Shown piece by piece: positions 1 through 8,615 of a DNA stretch of 21,838 nucleotides. The notes under the pieces were generated by a model. The model ran no database searches, had not been told where the DNA came from, and was given only the letters and a program-made list of their open reading frames with translations. The position numbers and the translations under genes were made by a program. The number at the start of each line of letters is the position of its first letter. Position 1 is the stretch's first letter. The stretch lies in IMG/VR virus record IMGVR_UViG_3300023371_000434. The stretch is one strand, 5' to 3'. This DNA is from a virus.

Positions 1-336
1 CTTATTAGAAGCTATTTGTAAATATAAATATAAATTTACTTTGTCAGAAGCATCTTTTTTTACGATGTCATATATAATTTTACCGATTTTAACTTTAATG
101 TTTTCTGGCAAAATTCTATATGGAACTTTTATCTTTTTGTCTATTGTATATCCCAAAGAATCTGCAATTAAATTATCATTGTCTCTTACAGACATTAACT
201 CATAAGGTAATATCCCTTTCTTTTTCAATTCCTCGCCTATTTTTACTTTATTTTGGTTTCTAATAGGTTGAATTAATCCGTAAGTTATAAAACCATCATT
301 ATAAGTTTCATGCTTTAGTTTTTGTTTTTCATTCAT
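1..336 (-). CDS. Head closure / head-tail adaptor-like protein, truncated by window edge
   Basis: Reads MNEKQKLKHETYNDGFITYGLIQPIRNQNKVKIGEELKKKGILPYELMSVRDNDN... from ATG at 336; overlaps the upstream stop (ATGAATGA); position after gp6-like connector. Confidence 0.6.
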   Translation of the reverse strand, partial: MNEKQKLKHETYNDGFITYGLIQPIRNQNKVKIGEELKKKGILPYELMSVRDNDNLIADSLGYTIDKKIKVPYRILPENIKVKIGKIIYDIVKKDASDKVNLYLYLQIASNK

Positions 337-616
337 TAGTATCACCTTCATTAGTTTCTATTGCATATTTAAATTGTAAATTTTGAATTTCATTTAGGAA
401 ATTTTTTTCAAAATATTCTTTAGAAAAGTTTCTTACATATCTGCAATAATCTTTCAATAAACCTTTAGCTACTAAATCTTTATCGTAATTAATCTCAGTA
501 CCTACCTTTTCAGATAGGTACTGTTTTGCCTCTAGAATTAAATCGTTTATCTCTTTATCTTCATCATCCCAAGTAACGTGAATATATGGTTTTACCTCAT
601 ATAGTAATTTATCCAT
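329..616 (-). CDS. gp6-like head-tail connector protein
   Basis: 95 aa, MDKLLYEVKPYIHVTWDDEDKEINDLILEAKQYLSEKVG..., typical gp6-like connector, directly after capsid gene. Confidence 0.8.
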   Translation of the reverse strand: MDKLLYEVKPYIHVTWDDEDKEINDLILEAKQYLSEKVGTEINYDKDLVAKGLLKDYCRYVRNFSKEYFEKNFLNEIQNLQFKYAIETNEGDTNE

Positions 617-626
617 CTAATCACCT

Positions 627-1766
627 CTATACTTCTGCAGTTAATTCTACAGCCTCGATTCCAGAAATATCAACATTTAAGAATGAATTGTTATCAACAG
701 GGAAACCATTTCCATATAATTTTCCTAGGTAAACTCTTTCATCTTCTAAGAAACGATATTCATCAGATTCTTCTATTTTCTTTGTTGAACCTAATCCCAT
801 AAAATATTTAGGAGCTAGTCCAACAACTGCTTTTCCTTGTGCAACAGCAGGACATTGTATAACATCTGTTGGGAATGGTAATACATTATTTACATATGTT
901 CCATTTGCATTTAATATTGTAGTTGCAGGGAATATTTTTGTTAAATAATCTATTGGATTTACTACCATTAACATTTTAGTAACAACTCTTTTACCTCCAT
1001 TTGTTAATTTAGCTGCTAAAGCACCCATTGTTGCAGGTTTTAAATCAGTTATAGGAAGAGCTTCTTTTTCAGGATAAACACCTTCTACAACTGCTCCTTC
1101 TAAATCTCTGTTCATACCTATTGGTTGGTCTTTACCTGTTCCTGTTACTATTCCTTCTTCAAGTCCAAGGCTTAATGCTTCAACAATAAATCTTCTTATG
1201 AAAGAATCTAACCAAGCTGGTCCTAAATCTAAATGAGCTTTACAAATTGGTAAGAAAGCACTTAATTTGTATAAGTTAACAGGTTTTTTATCAAATCCAC
1301 TTTCTAATTCTTTTTTGATTTCATCAGTTAATTTTCCCCACCATGCTGGAGTTACATCACCAGTTCTAACTATAAATTCAACCATTCCAGTAACATTTTG
1401 AAAGTTTATTACTGAAAGTATTGGATGTTGTGCCTCTAAATCTTCAAATATTCTATCAATTGTAGTAGTTGGCATTACTGCGTCTATATCACTTATTGAT
1501 TGATTAGCTTTCATTGCTTCAGCTAATTTATTGTAATATGTCACTTCTTCTGATGTTAATAATTTAGCTCCTCTTGATGTCATTATCATATTGTCATTGT
1601 TTGTTTGTCTCATTGTTTTTGTCACTTCCATAGTTGTTTCTTGTGCTACATATTGCATTAATTCTGTTAATGCTTCTACTTGTTTTGCATTGTCTCCACT
1701 TTCTACAGCTTCTTTCATTTTTGTTTTTAATTCCTCATTTGTTAATTTTAAATCTAAATTTTCCAT
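627..1766 (-). CDS. Major capsid protein, HK97 family
   Basis: 379 aa, coiled N-terminal region followed by HK97-like fold sequence; position after ClpP-like protease. Confidence 0.9.
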   Translation of the reverse strand: MENLDLKLTNEELKTKMKEAVESGDNAKQVEALTELMQYVAQETTMEVTKTMRQTNNDNMIMTSRGAKLLTSEEVTYYNKLAEAMKANQSISDIDAVMPTTTIDRIFEDLEAQHPILSVINFQNVTGMVEFIVRTGDVTPAWWGKLTDEIKKELESGFDKKPVNLYKLSAFLPICKAHLDLGPAWLDSFIRRFIVEALSLGLEEGIVTGTGKDQPIGMNRDLEGAVVEGVYPEKEALPITDLKPATMGALAAKLTNGGKRVVTKMLMVVNPIDYLTKIFPATTILNANGTYVNNVLPFPTDVIQCPAVAQGKAVVGLAPKYFMGLGSTKKIEESDEYRFLEDERVYLGKLYGNGFPVDNNSFLNVDISGIEAVELTAEV

Positions 1767-1782
1767 TTAAATTTCCTCCCTT

Positions 1783-2595
1783 TTATTTTAAAAATTTATT
1801 TAAAAAAGACACCATTAAGGTATCTTGTTTTTGAACTTTTTTATTTTCTTCTAGACTATTTAATAGTCCCTTTGGTTCTTCATTTGCTGAACCATTTAAC
1901 AGATTATCACTGATTTCTTTAGCTATTTTATTTACTGTTTCTTCACTAACATCAATAACGACTGTTTTTTCTTTTTCTTGTTGTTTTAGTTTGTTTACAA
2001 GTTTTAATAAACACATATTTGCATGTTGATTTATAGAACTATTTGTTTTTAATTCTATTATTTCATCTGCAAATCCCATTTCTATACATTCATCTGCAGT
2101 TAAATATGTTTCTTCATCAAGTAATTTATCAAGTTTATCTTCTGTTATATTAACCTTAGATAAATATGCTTCTTTATAAGCTACAGCAATTTTATCCATA
2201 TCATCAGCAGTCTTTCTTAATTCTTTTGAATTTCCAACTGTCCAAAGCCAGCAATTATGTATCATCATTAAAGCAGTCTTTGGCATATAAATTTTATTTC
2301 CTGCCATTGCTATTATTGAGGCTGATGAGGCTGCAATTCCATCTATATAAACATTAATTTGTGCTTTATGCTGTTTTAATAAGTTGTATATTGCTAAACC
2401 TTGAAAAGTTTCTCCTCCGTATGAATTAATGTGAATATTTATTTCTGATATTTCTCCTAAATTTTCTAATTCTTGTTTGAATCCCCATGCTGAAACATCT
2501 GATTCATCCCATTCATAAGATGTTATATATCCATAAATATATAAATCTACAACGCTGTCTGATTGTTTTTCAAAACTATAAAACTTTTTGTCCAT
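1783..2595 (-). CDS. Head maturation protease, ClpP-like (S14)
   Basis: INSYGGETFQGLAIYN...DGIAASSASIIAMAG...ALMMIHN motifs. Confidence 0.93.
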   Translation of the reverse strand: MDKKFYSFEKQSDSVVDLYIYGYITSYEWDESDVSAWGFKQELENLGEISEINIHINSYGGETFQGLAIYNLLKQHKAQINVYIDGIAASSASIIAMAGNKIYMPKTALMMIHNCWLWTVGNSKELRKTADDMDKIAVAYKEAYLSKVNITEDKLDKLLDEETYLTADECIEMGFADEIIELKTNSSINQHANMCLLKLVNKLKQQEKEKTVVIDVSEETVNKIAKEISDNLLNGSANEEPKGLLNSLEENKKVQKQDTLMVSFLNKFLK

Positions 2596-3710
2596 TACTT
2601 ACCTCCTTCCTGTTTTTGATAATTTTTGGTAATATAATGTGCATTAGCCCAATCTTCATCAATAAGTTCTTCTCCGATTGCTCTTAATAAGAAATTATGA
2701 GAAAATCCTATTCTTGTTAATACATCAAGGCTTCCAGCAACATCAAATATACTTATATGTTCAATTCTGCTAATATCTACCTTAATTTTTGAGCCTTTGC
2801 TATATGCTATTTCACCATATAATTTACGATTAATTTCATCTTCCAATAATTTTGCAACAGGTTTTACTGATAATGTTAATAAATTCTTTGTTTCCTCTTT
2901 GATTTCAGACAATTCTCCTTTGATAATTCCTTTTGGAATGTTAAAGGCAATTGCAACAATATCAAAAATTCCTTCGATTATTTTATTAACATCTTCAGAT
3001 GATGTCACGGATTTCTTTTCACTTTCAGTAAAATCAAATCCTTCTTCCATTGGTATAACCGCATTATCTGATGAAAAATAAGAACGAAACTTTGATCTTA
3101 TAGCTTCTTGTAGTTTTGCTTGGTCATCAAATTTTTGAGACCATGTTGTGTTTAATTTAACTTTTCCTCTTACACTTCTCGCTTTTCTATAATCATTCAT
3201 GCATTGAGTTATAAGTATTCCATAACTGTTGTATAATCCATCTAATAAGTTCTTTATCTTTGAATTATTTAACTTAAAATAAAAAACATCTTCCATGTAG
3301 TAAGTTTTGTTAAAAGTTAAGCCTCCAACACTTACATTTGTGAAAAATGTTTGATATAACGTTCTTTCGTTTTTAGAAAAAGAATCTGCAATGTAATACA
3401 TTCCATTTTCTTCTATAACTAACGCTTCATTGTCATAAAAAAGTTTCCATATTAATTCAGATTTAAATTCACTTGCATTTTGATTTTGATTTGGTTCAAC
3501 ATTGAACCTATAATAATTGTGTTTAAACACCTCTTTTTTATCTGTAAATGTTCTAATCTCTGAATTAGTTATTAATTTTGCTATTATATTTATTGCACTA
3601 GCTATTGCTAATTCTTTATAATATATTTCTTTAGCTACATCTTCAGCATAGCTGTTATAAAATGTATCATTTTTATTAAAAAATCTTCCAAAAACATCTT
3701 TTATGCCCAT
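2595..3710 (-). CDS. Portal protein, HK97 family
   Basis: 371 aa, MGIKDVFGRFFNK..., IAIASAINIIAKLI-like N-terminus, between TerL and protease. Confidence 0.9.
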   Translation of the reverse strand: MGIKDVFGRFFNKNDTFYNSYAEDVAKEIYYKELAIASAINIIAKLITNSEIRTFTDKKEVFKHNYYRFNVEPNQNQNASEFKSELIWKLFYDNEALVIEENGMYYIADSFSKNERTLYQTFFTNVSVGGLTFNKTYYMEDVFYFKLNNSKIKNLLDGLYNSYGILITQCMNDYRKARSVRGKVKLNTTWSQKFDDQAKLQEAIRSKFRSYFSSDNAVIPMEEGFDFTESEKKSVTSSEDVNKIIEGIFDIVAIAFNIPKGIIKGELSEIKEETKNLLTLSVKPVAKLLEDEINRKLYGEIAYSKGSKIKVDISRIEHISIFDVAGSLDVLTRIGFSHNFLLRAIGEELIDEDWANAHYITKNYQKQEGGK

Positions 3711-3725
3711 TTTCTTATTTCCTTT

Positions 3726-5381
3726 CTAAAAATCTATTGAATCAAATATTTGTGCATTCTCATTAATAACTGTTAATTCTTCTGATACTGTCATAGATGC
3801 AACAAATGCCATAAATCCATCTGTTTTTCTTGATTTTGGCTCTATTTTTCCAAACACTTTAGTGTTGTTCTGCCAAGGTACTAATTTTGTATTGTTTGTA
3901 AACCAACGCATTAAAGGATTGTCTCCCCATGCAATATTTTGATTTACAAATATGCTCTCAATAACAGGCTGTATTTTTGCAATATCGCTTGGTCTAACTA
4001 GCTTAACCTGTTCCTTATTCTTAGCATCAAACCCTATTTCGTTCATTTCCTTGCTTATTAACGCATATCTAAAATTATCAACTGCTATTTTCTTTATATT
4101 GTATATCCTGCCTTTTTCACTTATCCAATCAAATATTAGTTTAGGCTTTATTTCTACATCATCAACTTCCGTTAATAAACCTCTTGTTTGCCAATCTTTC
4201 AGTGGTGCTTGTATTCTTTTTTTATCTTTACTGTTTTTACAAAACCAAGAATGCGTAATTCCATAATATTTATTATCTTTTTTAAACAATAAAAATACAG
4301 ATGCAAAATCTGATAAACTTGCATAATCTATACCACAAACACATGACTGTCTTTCTAAATTAATTATTTCTTTGTTGGTTTTTTCAATTAAAGACCATTC
4401 TACAGCAACCTCTTCTTCTTTCTGCTCTGGCAAATTCATCCTTTTTGTCATAAATTCAGATATTTTACTTGGAAATAGTTTCATTTCCTCATAGTCTGTT
4501 TTTATTTCATTAAATAAATCTGGCATATATTCTAAAGATGGATTAGCTTTTATCCATTTTTTCTCATCATCTGCTTCCTCTTTTTTGTCTATCCTACATA
4601 AAAACGGATAATATCTAACTGTATTAGGCATTCCATTAAGTATTTTTTCACAAACATTTAATAATTCATCTAAAGGTCCACCTCTTACATATCCATTTGT
4701 TGTAATTATAAATATTCTTGCGTGTTTTACTTTACCTAAACCACTTTGAAATACTTTTATTTGTCCATCATTTTCATAAGCATGATATTCATTAAATAAT
4801 ATTGCACCATCTTTTTTACCATCTTTTGTTTTTGCATTAGATGTATTAAATCTGTAAAATCCTTTAGTTTTTTTATCTATAATTATTTCTTTGTTCCAAT
4901 AAAAATATTTTTCAAATTTTTTCTTGTTGTTTTCTAACATATCATAAACAACATTGAATGTATCTTGCGATTGTTCTTCTGAAGTAGCCACAATATCAAT
5001 GCTGTATTTAGGCACTCCATACAACCTAGATTGTAAAAAGTTCATTAAAGGAGACATCATTCCGTCTTTTCCGTTACCTCTTCCCATCAAGATTACAAAA
5101 GTTTTAAAGACTGGAATGTCATCTTTATACATAAAAACAAATGCATATATAAACTTTTGATATGGAAACAATTTGTAATACCATCTTTCACAATACGAAA
5201 TACATTTATAATATGTTTCACTATCAAAAAAAACATCCTCCCTTTTTAATAAAGGTTCTACGATGTTTTTTATAAGCAATTTTCTATCTTCATTTATTTT
5301 TTCTGGATTTTCTTTGCAATATTTTAAATAATCATCTATTTCCTTACAATAAATCATCCCCTTCATCTCCACCACCTTCAT
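3726..5381 (-). CDS. terL: Terminase large subunit
   Basis: 551 aa; FVILMGRGNGKDGMMSPL Walker A region, DIVATSEEQSQDTF, GAILFNEYHAYE Walker B, GIDYASLSDFAS nuclease motif. Confidence 0.95.
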   Translation of the reverse strand: MKVVEMKGMIYCKEIDDYLKYCKENPEKINEDRKLLIKNIVEPLLKREDVFFDSETYYKCISYCERWYYKLFPYQKFIYAFVFMYKDDIPVFKTFVILMGRGNGKDGMMSPLMNFLQSRLYGVPKYSIDIVATSEEQSQDTFNVVYDMLENNKKKFEKYFYWNKEIIIDKKTKGFYRFNTSNAKTKDGKKDGAILFNEYHAYENDGQIKVFQSGLGKVKHARIFIITTNGYVRGGPLDELLNVCEKILNGMPNTVRYYPFLCRIDKKEEADDEKKWIKANPSLEYMPDLFNEIKTDYEEMKLFPSKISEFMTKRMNLPEQKEEEVAVEWSLIEKTNKEIINLERQSCVCGIDYASLSDFASVFLLFKKDNKYYGITHSWFCKNSKDKKRIQAPLKDWQTRGLLTEVDDVEIKPKLIFDWISEKGRIYNIKKIAVDNFRYALISKEMNEIGFDAKNKEQVKLVRPSDIAKIQPVIESIFVNQNIAWGDNPLMRWFTNNTKLVPWQNNTKVFGKIEPKSRKTDGFMAFVASMTVSEELTVINENAQIFDSIDF

Positions 5382-5721
5382 CTGGTGCTTTCAAATCTAA
5401 GTCTTGTAAAATCTTTAGCATCTGTGCATTCGTTTTTAATAATCTTTCACAGCTTTCATTAGGCTTATATGTTGTAAACCCATTTCCACCTGTTGATTTA
5501 TATCTTATTCCATTATCGTTTATGTCTTTTTTTAATCTTTCTTTTAAATCTACTAAATATAAATAATCTTCTATCATATCATCAAAGTGTTTTCCGAATT
5601 TTCCTTGCGAAATAAGTTGTGCTTGTAGATCCTCTTTTATAGCATTCTTCTTATCTGATGTGTTTTTTTCAAATTCTTCCTCTTTTTTTCTACTAGGTTT
5701 TTTTGTTGATTTGGTTGCCAT
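5344..5721 (-). CDS. terS: P27-family terminase small subunit
   Basis: MATKSTKKPSRKKEEEFEK...YLYLVDLKERLKKDI...; start preferred at 5721 after GGGGG-rich RBS rather than the longer ORF start at 5805. Confidence 0.75.
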   Translation of the reverse strand: MATKSTKKPSRKKEEEFEKNTSDKKNAIKEDLQAQLISQGKFGKHFDDMIEDYLYLVDLKERLKKDINDNGIRYKSTGGNGFTTYKPNESCERLLKTNAQMLKILQDLDLKAPDEGGGDEGDDLL

Positions 5722-5825
5722 TTTCCTACCCCCTTTATACGCGTGAAAGTCATTTTTCTTTTGTCGTGAACCCTCCCCGTTCGAGAGCTTGTGAATTTTA
5801 GCCAAAACTTTTTAAGGGGGGCTTT
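5722..5825 (-). other. Candidate cos site region between HNH/hypothetical gene and terS
   Basis: Local GC-rich island (CTCTCGAACGGGGAGGGTTCACGACAAAAG on minus strand; runs of G/C at 5725-5733, 5771-5779, 5815-5821) in a very AT-rich genome, directly upstream of terS in an HNH-containing packaging module. Confidence 0.4.
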
Positions 5826-6266
5826 CTATTTATCAAGATTATACTTTTCTGCTACTTTTATAACAGTATCAACAGTATCTTTATCAAACCTTATGTTATT
5901 TCTACTACATCTTATATCTATTATTGAATATGTATCCGCTTCTTTTAGTTTTCTCTTTAAATCATCTATTGTATATCTTTTACCACAACATACTGTTAAT
6001 GATGCGTAAAGTATTCCTTCATAATAGTTCTTCATTAATAGTTTAAACTTCTTTGATATTTCTTTTTCTTCATAAGTTTTATCTTCTTTATCTGTTATTG
6101 CTATTAAATCTGATATTCTATACTCCTTATCAAATACTTTAACTACAACATCATTTATTGTTTCCGCTTCTGTATTTACTTCATTAACATCTAATTCTTT
6201 TGATATTTCTTCTGTCTTTTCCTCTGCTTCTTTTATTTCTTCTTCTATCTTCTTTGCTCTTGCCAT
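5826..6266 (-). CDS. Hypothetical phage protein
   Basis: 146-148 aa ORF MARAKKIEEEIKEAEEK...; ATG at 6266 overlaps preceding stop (TAATG) with GAGGAGAG RBS. Confidence 0.6.
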   Translation of the reverse strand: MARAKKIEEEIKEAEEKTEEISKELDVNEVNTEAETINDVVVKVFDKEYRISDLIAITDKEDKTYEEKEISKKFKLLMKNYYEGILYASLTVCCGKRYTIDDLKRKLKEADTYSIIDIRCSRNNIRFDKDTVDTVIKVAEKYNLDK

Positions 6267-6604
6267 TACCATCTCTCCTCATTAACAAATTTCTTTTTAT
6301 GTTTTATATTTTTAAATGGATTTTTATTATCAAGTATATTATGATGATGTACACATACTGTCATTAAATTATCTTTTACATATGTTAGCTCTGGATATTG
6401 TTCTATCTCTTTTATATGATGAACGTCTAGTTTCTTATTATGTTCCTTGATTGTTAGCTTGCCTTCTCTTTTGCATTCTTGACATTCGTAATTATCTCTT
6501 TTTAATATTTCTTTGCTTAAATAATCTTTCCAATATGGGTCATCATATATCTTTTTCTTTTTTCCGCTTCTAATTAATTCCCTTATCTGCTCTACTGTGT
6601 ACAT
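6266..6604 (-). CDS. HNH endonuclease of the packaging module
   Basis: CQECKREGKLT...LDVHHIKEIE...LMTVCVHHHNILDNK. Confidence 0.85.
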   Translation of the reverse strand: MYTVEQIRELIRSGKKKKIYDDPYWKDYLSKEILKRDNYECQECKREGKLTIKEHNKKLDVHHIKEIEQYPELTYVKDNLMTVCVHHHNILDNKNPFKNIKHKKKFVNEERW

Positions 6605-6607
6605 TTT

Positions 6608-6838
6608 TTATTCTTCTATTCTCTCTATTATTTCAAAGAAACCTGCTCTAAACCAAAAGTCATCTATTCCTACAAATTTTAAACAGTCCATTCTTTCATC
6701 ATCGCATGGACAATCTACTATATCTTCAACTATTAACTCTTTATCTTTTAATCTTTCTTTATAGTTAAATATTTTAGTTATATTAAGTTCTTCCGCTTCC
6801 TTTTTGAATATAACTTTATCTCCTATTCTCTTTTTCAC
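6608..6838 (-). CDS. Hypothetical protein (GTG start)
   Basis: 76 aa MKKRIGDKVIFKKEAEELNITKIFNYK... Confidence 0.5.
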   Translation of the reverse strand: MKKRIGDKVIFKKEAEELNITKIFNYKERLKDKELIVEDIVDCPCDDERMDCLKFVGIDDFWFRAGFFEIIERIEE

Positions 6839-7038
6839 TTTTCTTTGTTCCTTTCTTTACCTCGCTTTTCTCTTTTTGAGGTTTAACTTCTTTTACTTCC
6901 TCCGCATAAGCTTGTCCTTTAAACTTTGCGTTAATGATTTCTTTGCCTCGCTTTTCTGAAACTTCGTAAATATCTCCGTTTCTTAATATCTTTATTTAAT
7001 TGTTTATCTTTATAATCTATTAATGCTTTAATCTTCAT
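6816..7038 (-). CDS. Small phage protein MKIKALIDYKDKQLNKDIKK^GDIYEVSEKRGKEIINAKFKG..., needs +1 shift at CGG 6978..6976
   Basis: Zero frame ...ATT AAG AAA CGG AGA...; +1 gives AAA C|GGA GAT ATT TAC GAA GTT, restoring one ORF to TAA at 6818..6816. Confidence 0.75.
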
Positions 7039-7309
7039 CTTCTTTTCCTCCCTTATTAAAGTTATTGCATATTTTATATATATTGTTTTGTTTGTCTATT
7101 TCTGTTTTTACTTTCCCTTTACATTTATGAATACACTCACAGCAAGAATTGTTTTTATTTAAACGCAATTTATTTCCACAGTGACTGCATTTATATACAT
7201 TACTCATGCTCTCTGATTTAATTAATATATAGTTATGCTCACATCCGAAACATTTGGTTTGTTCTGGACAATCTTTGCATTGAAATCTGAGACATAATTC
7301 TTTAACCAT
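7028..7309 (-). CDS. Cys-rich zinc-binding protein
   Basis: 93 aa with about 14 Cys: CKDCPEQTKCFGCEHN...YKCSHCGNK...CCECIHKC; strong RBS. Confidence 0.6.
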   Translation of the reverse strand: MVKELCLRFQCKDCPEQTKCFGCEHNYILIKSESMSNVYKCSHCGNKLRLNKNNSCCECIHKCKGKVKTEIDKQNNIYKICNNFNKGGKEDED

Positions 7310-7599
7310 TTTTCCTTTTCCTTTGTTTTATTTATATACACTATGTAATGATATAAAGTAGCCCAATTCTACTTATGGTGCTCTTTATTGTTTTTTGTCC
7401 GTTTAGGTTGCAGGTCGCACTTCAAACCATAACTTAATATGTAAAAACCGTTAATTAGTTTATTCTATATCACTACATACTATATACACTACGCAAAATG
7501 CACATATAACAATATTTATAGAGCAGTCATATTGTTATAATTGAGTACATTCTGCGTACTATATACAAGTGTTAACTAGAATACACTTAAGGGCTAAAT

Positions 7600-7822
7600 T
7601 TAACAATTTTTGAAAGGAGGTAATCCCAAAAGGAATTACAGGATTTATATTAACCTTATCTAGTATTGGATAATAACTTTATATTTGGGTGGGTCGGCAC
7701 CCCTACATCTCTTGTAAGACCCAATTGAATTACAGATAACTGACCTGCTGTAAACAGTGGCATTTCGCCAACATTCAGCTATTTCAATTTAGGTGTGATA
7801 GCTACCTTTCTATCCTCCAAAT
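7600..7822 (-). ncRNA. Candidate structured noncoding RNA (family not identified)
   Basis: No good ORF; minus-strand helices AGCTAT/ATAGCT, TGGC/GCCA, TTACAG/CTGTAA, three-way junction TTGGGT[CTTACAAGAGATGTAG][GGGTGCCGACCC]ACCCAA, and GTAATTCC-TTTT-GGGATTAC with a G-U pair favouring the minus strand. Confidence 0.35.
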
Positions 7823-7850
7823 AAAAAGCACCCACAAAAGCGGGTGCTTC
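7823..7850 (-). terminator. Rho-independent terminator of the small DnaJ-zinc-finger-like gene
   Basis: AAGCACCC-GCTTTTGT-GGGTGCTTTTTAT on minus strand. Confidence 0.8.
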
Positions 7851-7860
7851 CTTTAGGATT

Positions 7861-7989
7861 TTATTTGCTTACATAACCTGTACCTGCGCAATAGCCACAT
7901 GTGTCGCCGTCATCATCAACTCCTGTACCGTCGCAATCGGGGCACTCAACGAGTTCATCGGGTCCCAAGTAATCATAATCGTCAGACAT
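7861..7989 (-). CDS. 42-aa protein with two DnaJ-type CxxCxGxG-like motifs
   Basis: MSDDYDYLGPDELVECPDCDGTGVDDDGDTCGYCAGTGYVSK; AAAGGAG RBS; own promoter and terminator; missing from ORF track because short. Confidence 0.8.
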   Translation of the reverse strand: MSDDYDYLGPDELVECPDCDGTGVDDDGDTCGYCAGTGYVSK

Positions 7990-8038
7990 GATGGATGCTC
8001 CTTTCGTTATAAATTAACCAATTGGTTTTGGCATCCAT

Positions 8039-8067
8039 ATTTTATCATTTTATGTATACTTTGTCAA
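8039..8067 (-). promoter_or_regulatory. Sigma-A promoter for 42-aa zinc-finger gene
   Basis: TTGACA-17 nt-TAAAAT on minus strand. Confidence 0.75.
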
Positions 8068-8075
8068 CAAAAATA

Positions 8076-8101
8076 GAGACAAACTGTTTCCAATTTGTCT
8101 C
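8076..8101 (-). terminator. Rho-independent terminator after RHH gene
   Basis: GAGACAAA-TTGGAAACAG-TTTGTCTC-TATTTTT on minus strand. Confidence 0.6.
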
Positions 8102-8202
8102 CGCAAAACTTTATTACTACATCTATCGATGCATATTTGTTTTTCTCCCTACTATCATAATAACACGAAAAACTAATTCGTACTCGTACTTTTTTCGTAC
8201 CT

Positions 8203-8397
8203 TTATAAATTTTTTTCATTTTCTCCATAAAGATACTTCAATATAGCGTCATGTACAAGCCCTGTAAAGGTTTTGTTTTCTGCTTTTAATTTAACATCTA
8301 ATTCTTCCCATAATTCTTTATCTATTTTTACTAATCTACTTGTTTTAGTTTCTTTTTCTTTTTCCCATTCTTTTTTATAATCTCTTTTCACTTCCAT
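8203..8397 (-). CDS. Ribbon-helix-helix (CopG/Arc-like) DNA-binding protein
   Basis: TSRLVKIDKELWEELDVKLKAENKTFTGLVHDAILKYL; RBS AAGGAGG. Confidence 0.65.
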   Translation of the reverse strand: MEVKRDYKKEWEKEKETKTSRLVKIDKELWEELDVKLKAENKTFTGLVHDAILKYLYGENEKNL

Positions 8398-8420
8398 ACA
8401 AAAGCCTCCTTGCTTTTTTT

Positions 8421-8449
8421 ATATTATTATATTATAATTATATTTGCAA
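8421..8449 (-). promoter_or_regulatory. Probable promoter for RHH gene
   Basis: TTGCAA-17 nt-TAATAT; preceded by AGAGGGC-GAAA-GCCCTCT hairpin (8449-8466). Confidence 0.45.
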
Positions 8450-8470
8450 GAGGGCTTTCGCCCTCTCGGT

Positions 8471-8590
8471 TTATTCAAAGTCTTGTAAGATTAGTTTAAT
8501 CTGTTCTCGATTATGCTGTTCTCTTACTTGTCTTTGTTTTTGTGCTTGTCTATGTGCTAGATAGATAAGCACTTTTTTTATTAGTTTCAT
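8471..8590 (-). CDS. 39-aa small basic protein
   Basis: MKLIKKVLIYLAHRQAQKQRQVREQHNREQIKLILQDFE; GAGGTGAGGG RBS; perfect promoter upstream. Confidence 0.55.
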   Translation of the reverse strand: MKLIKKVLIYLAHRQAQKQRQVREQHNREQIKLILQDFE

Positions 8591-8615
8591 TTCCCTCACC
8601 TCACTTTCTGTATAT

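Noticed and set aside
7620-7740. Possible 34-aa minus-strand peptide MPLFTAGQLSVIQLGLTRDVGVPTHPNIKLLSNTR
   Set aside because: No RBS and it overlaps predicted RNA helices; not supported as coding.
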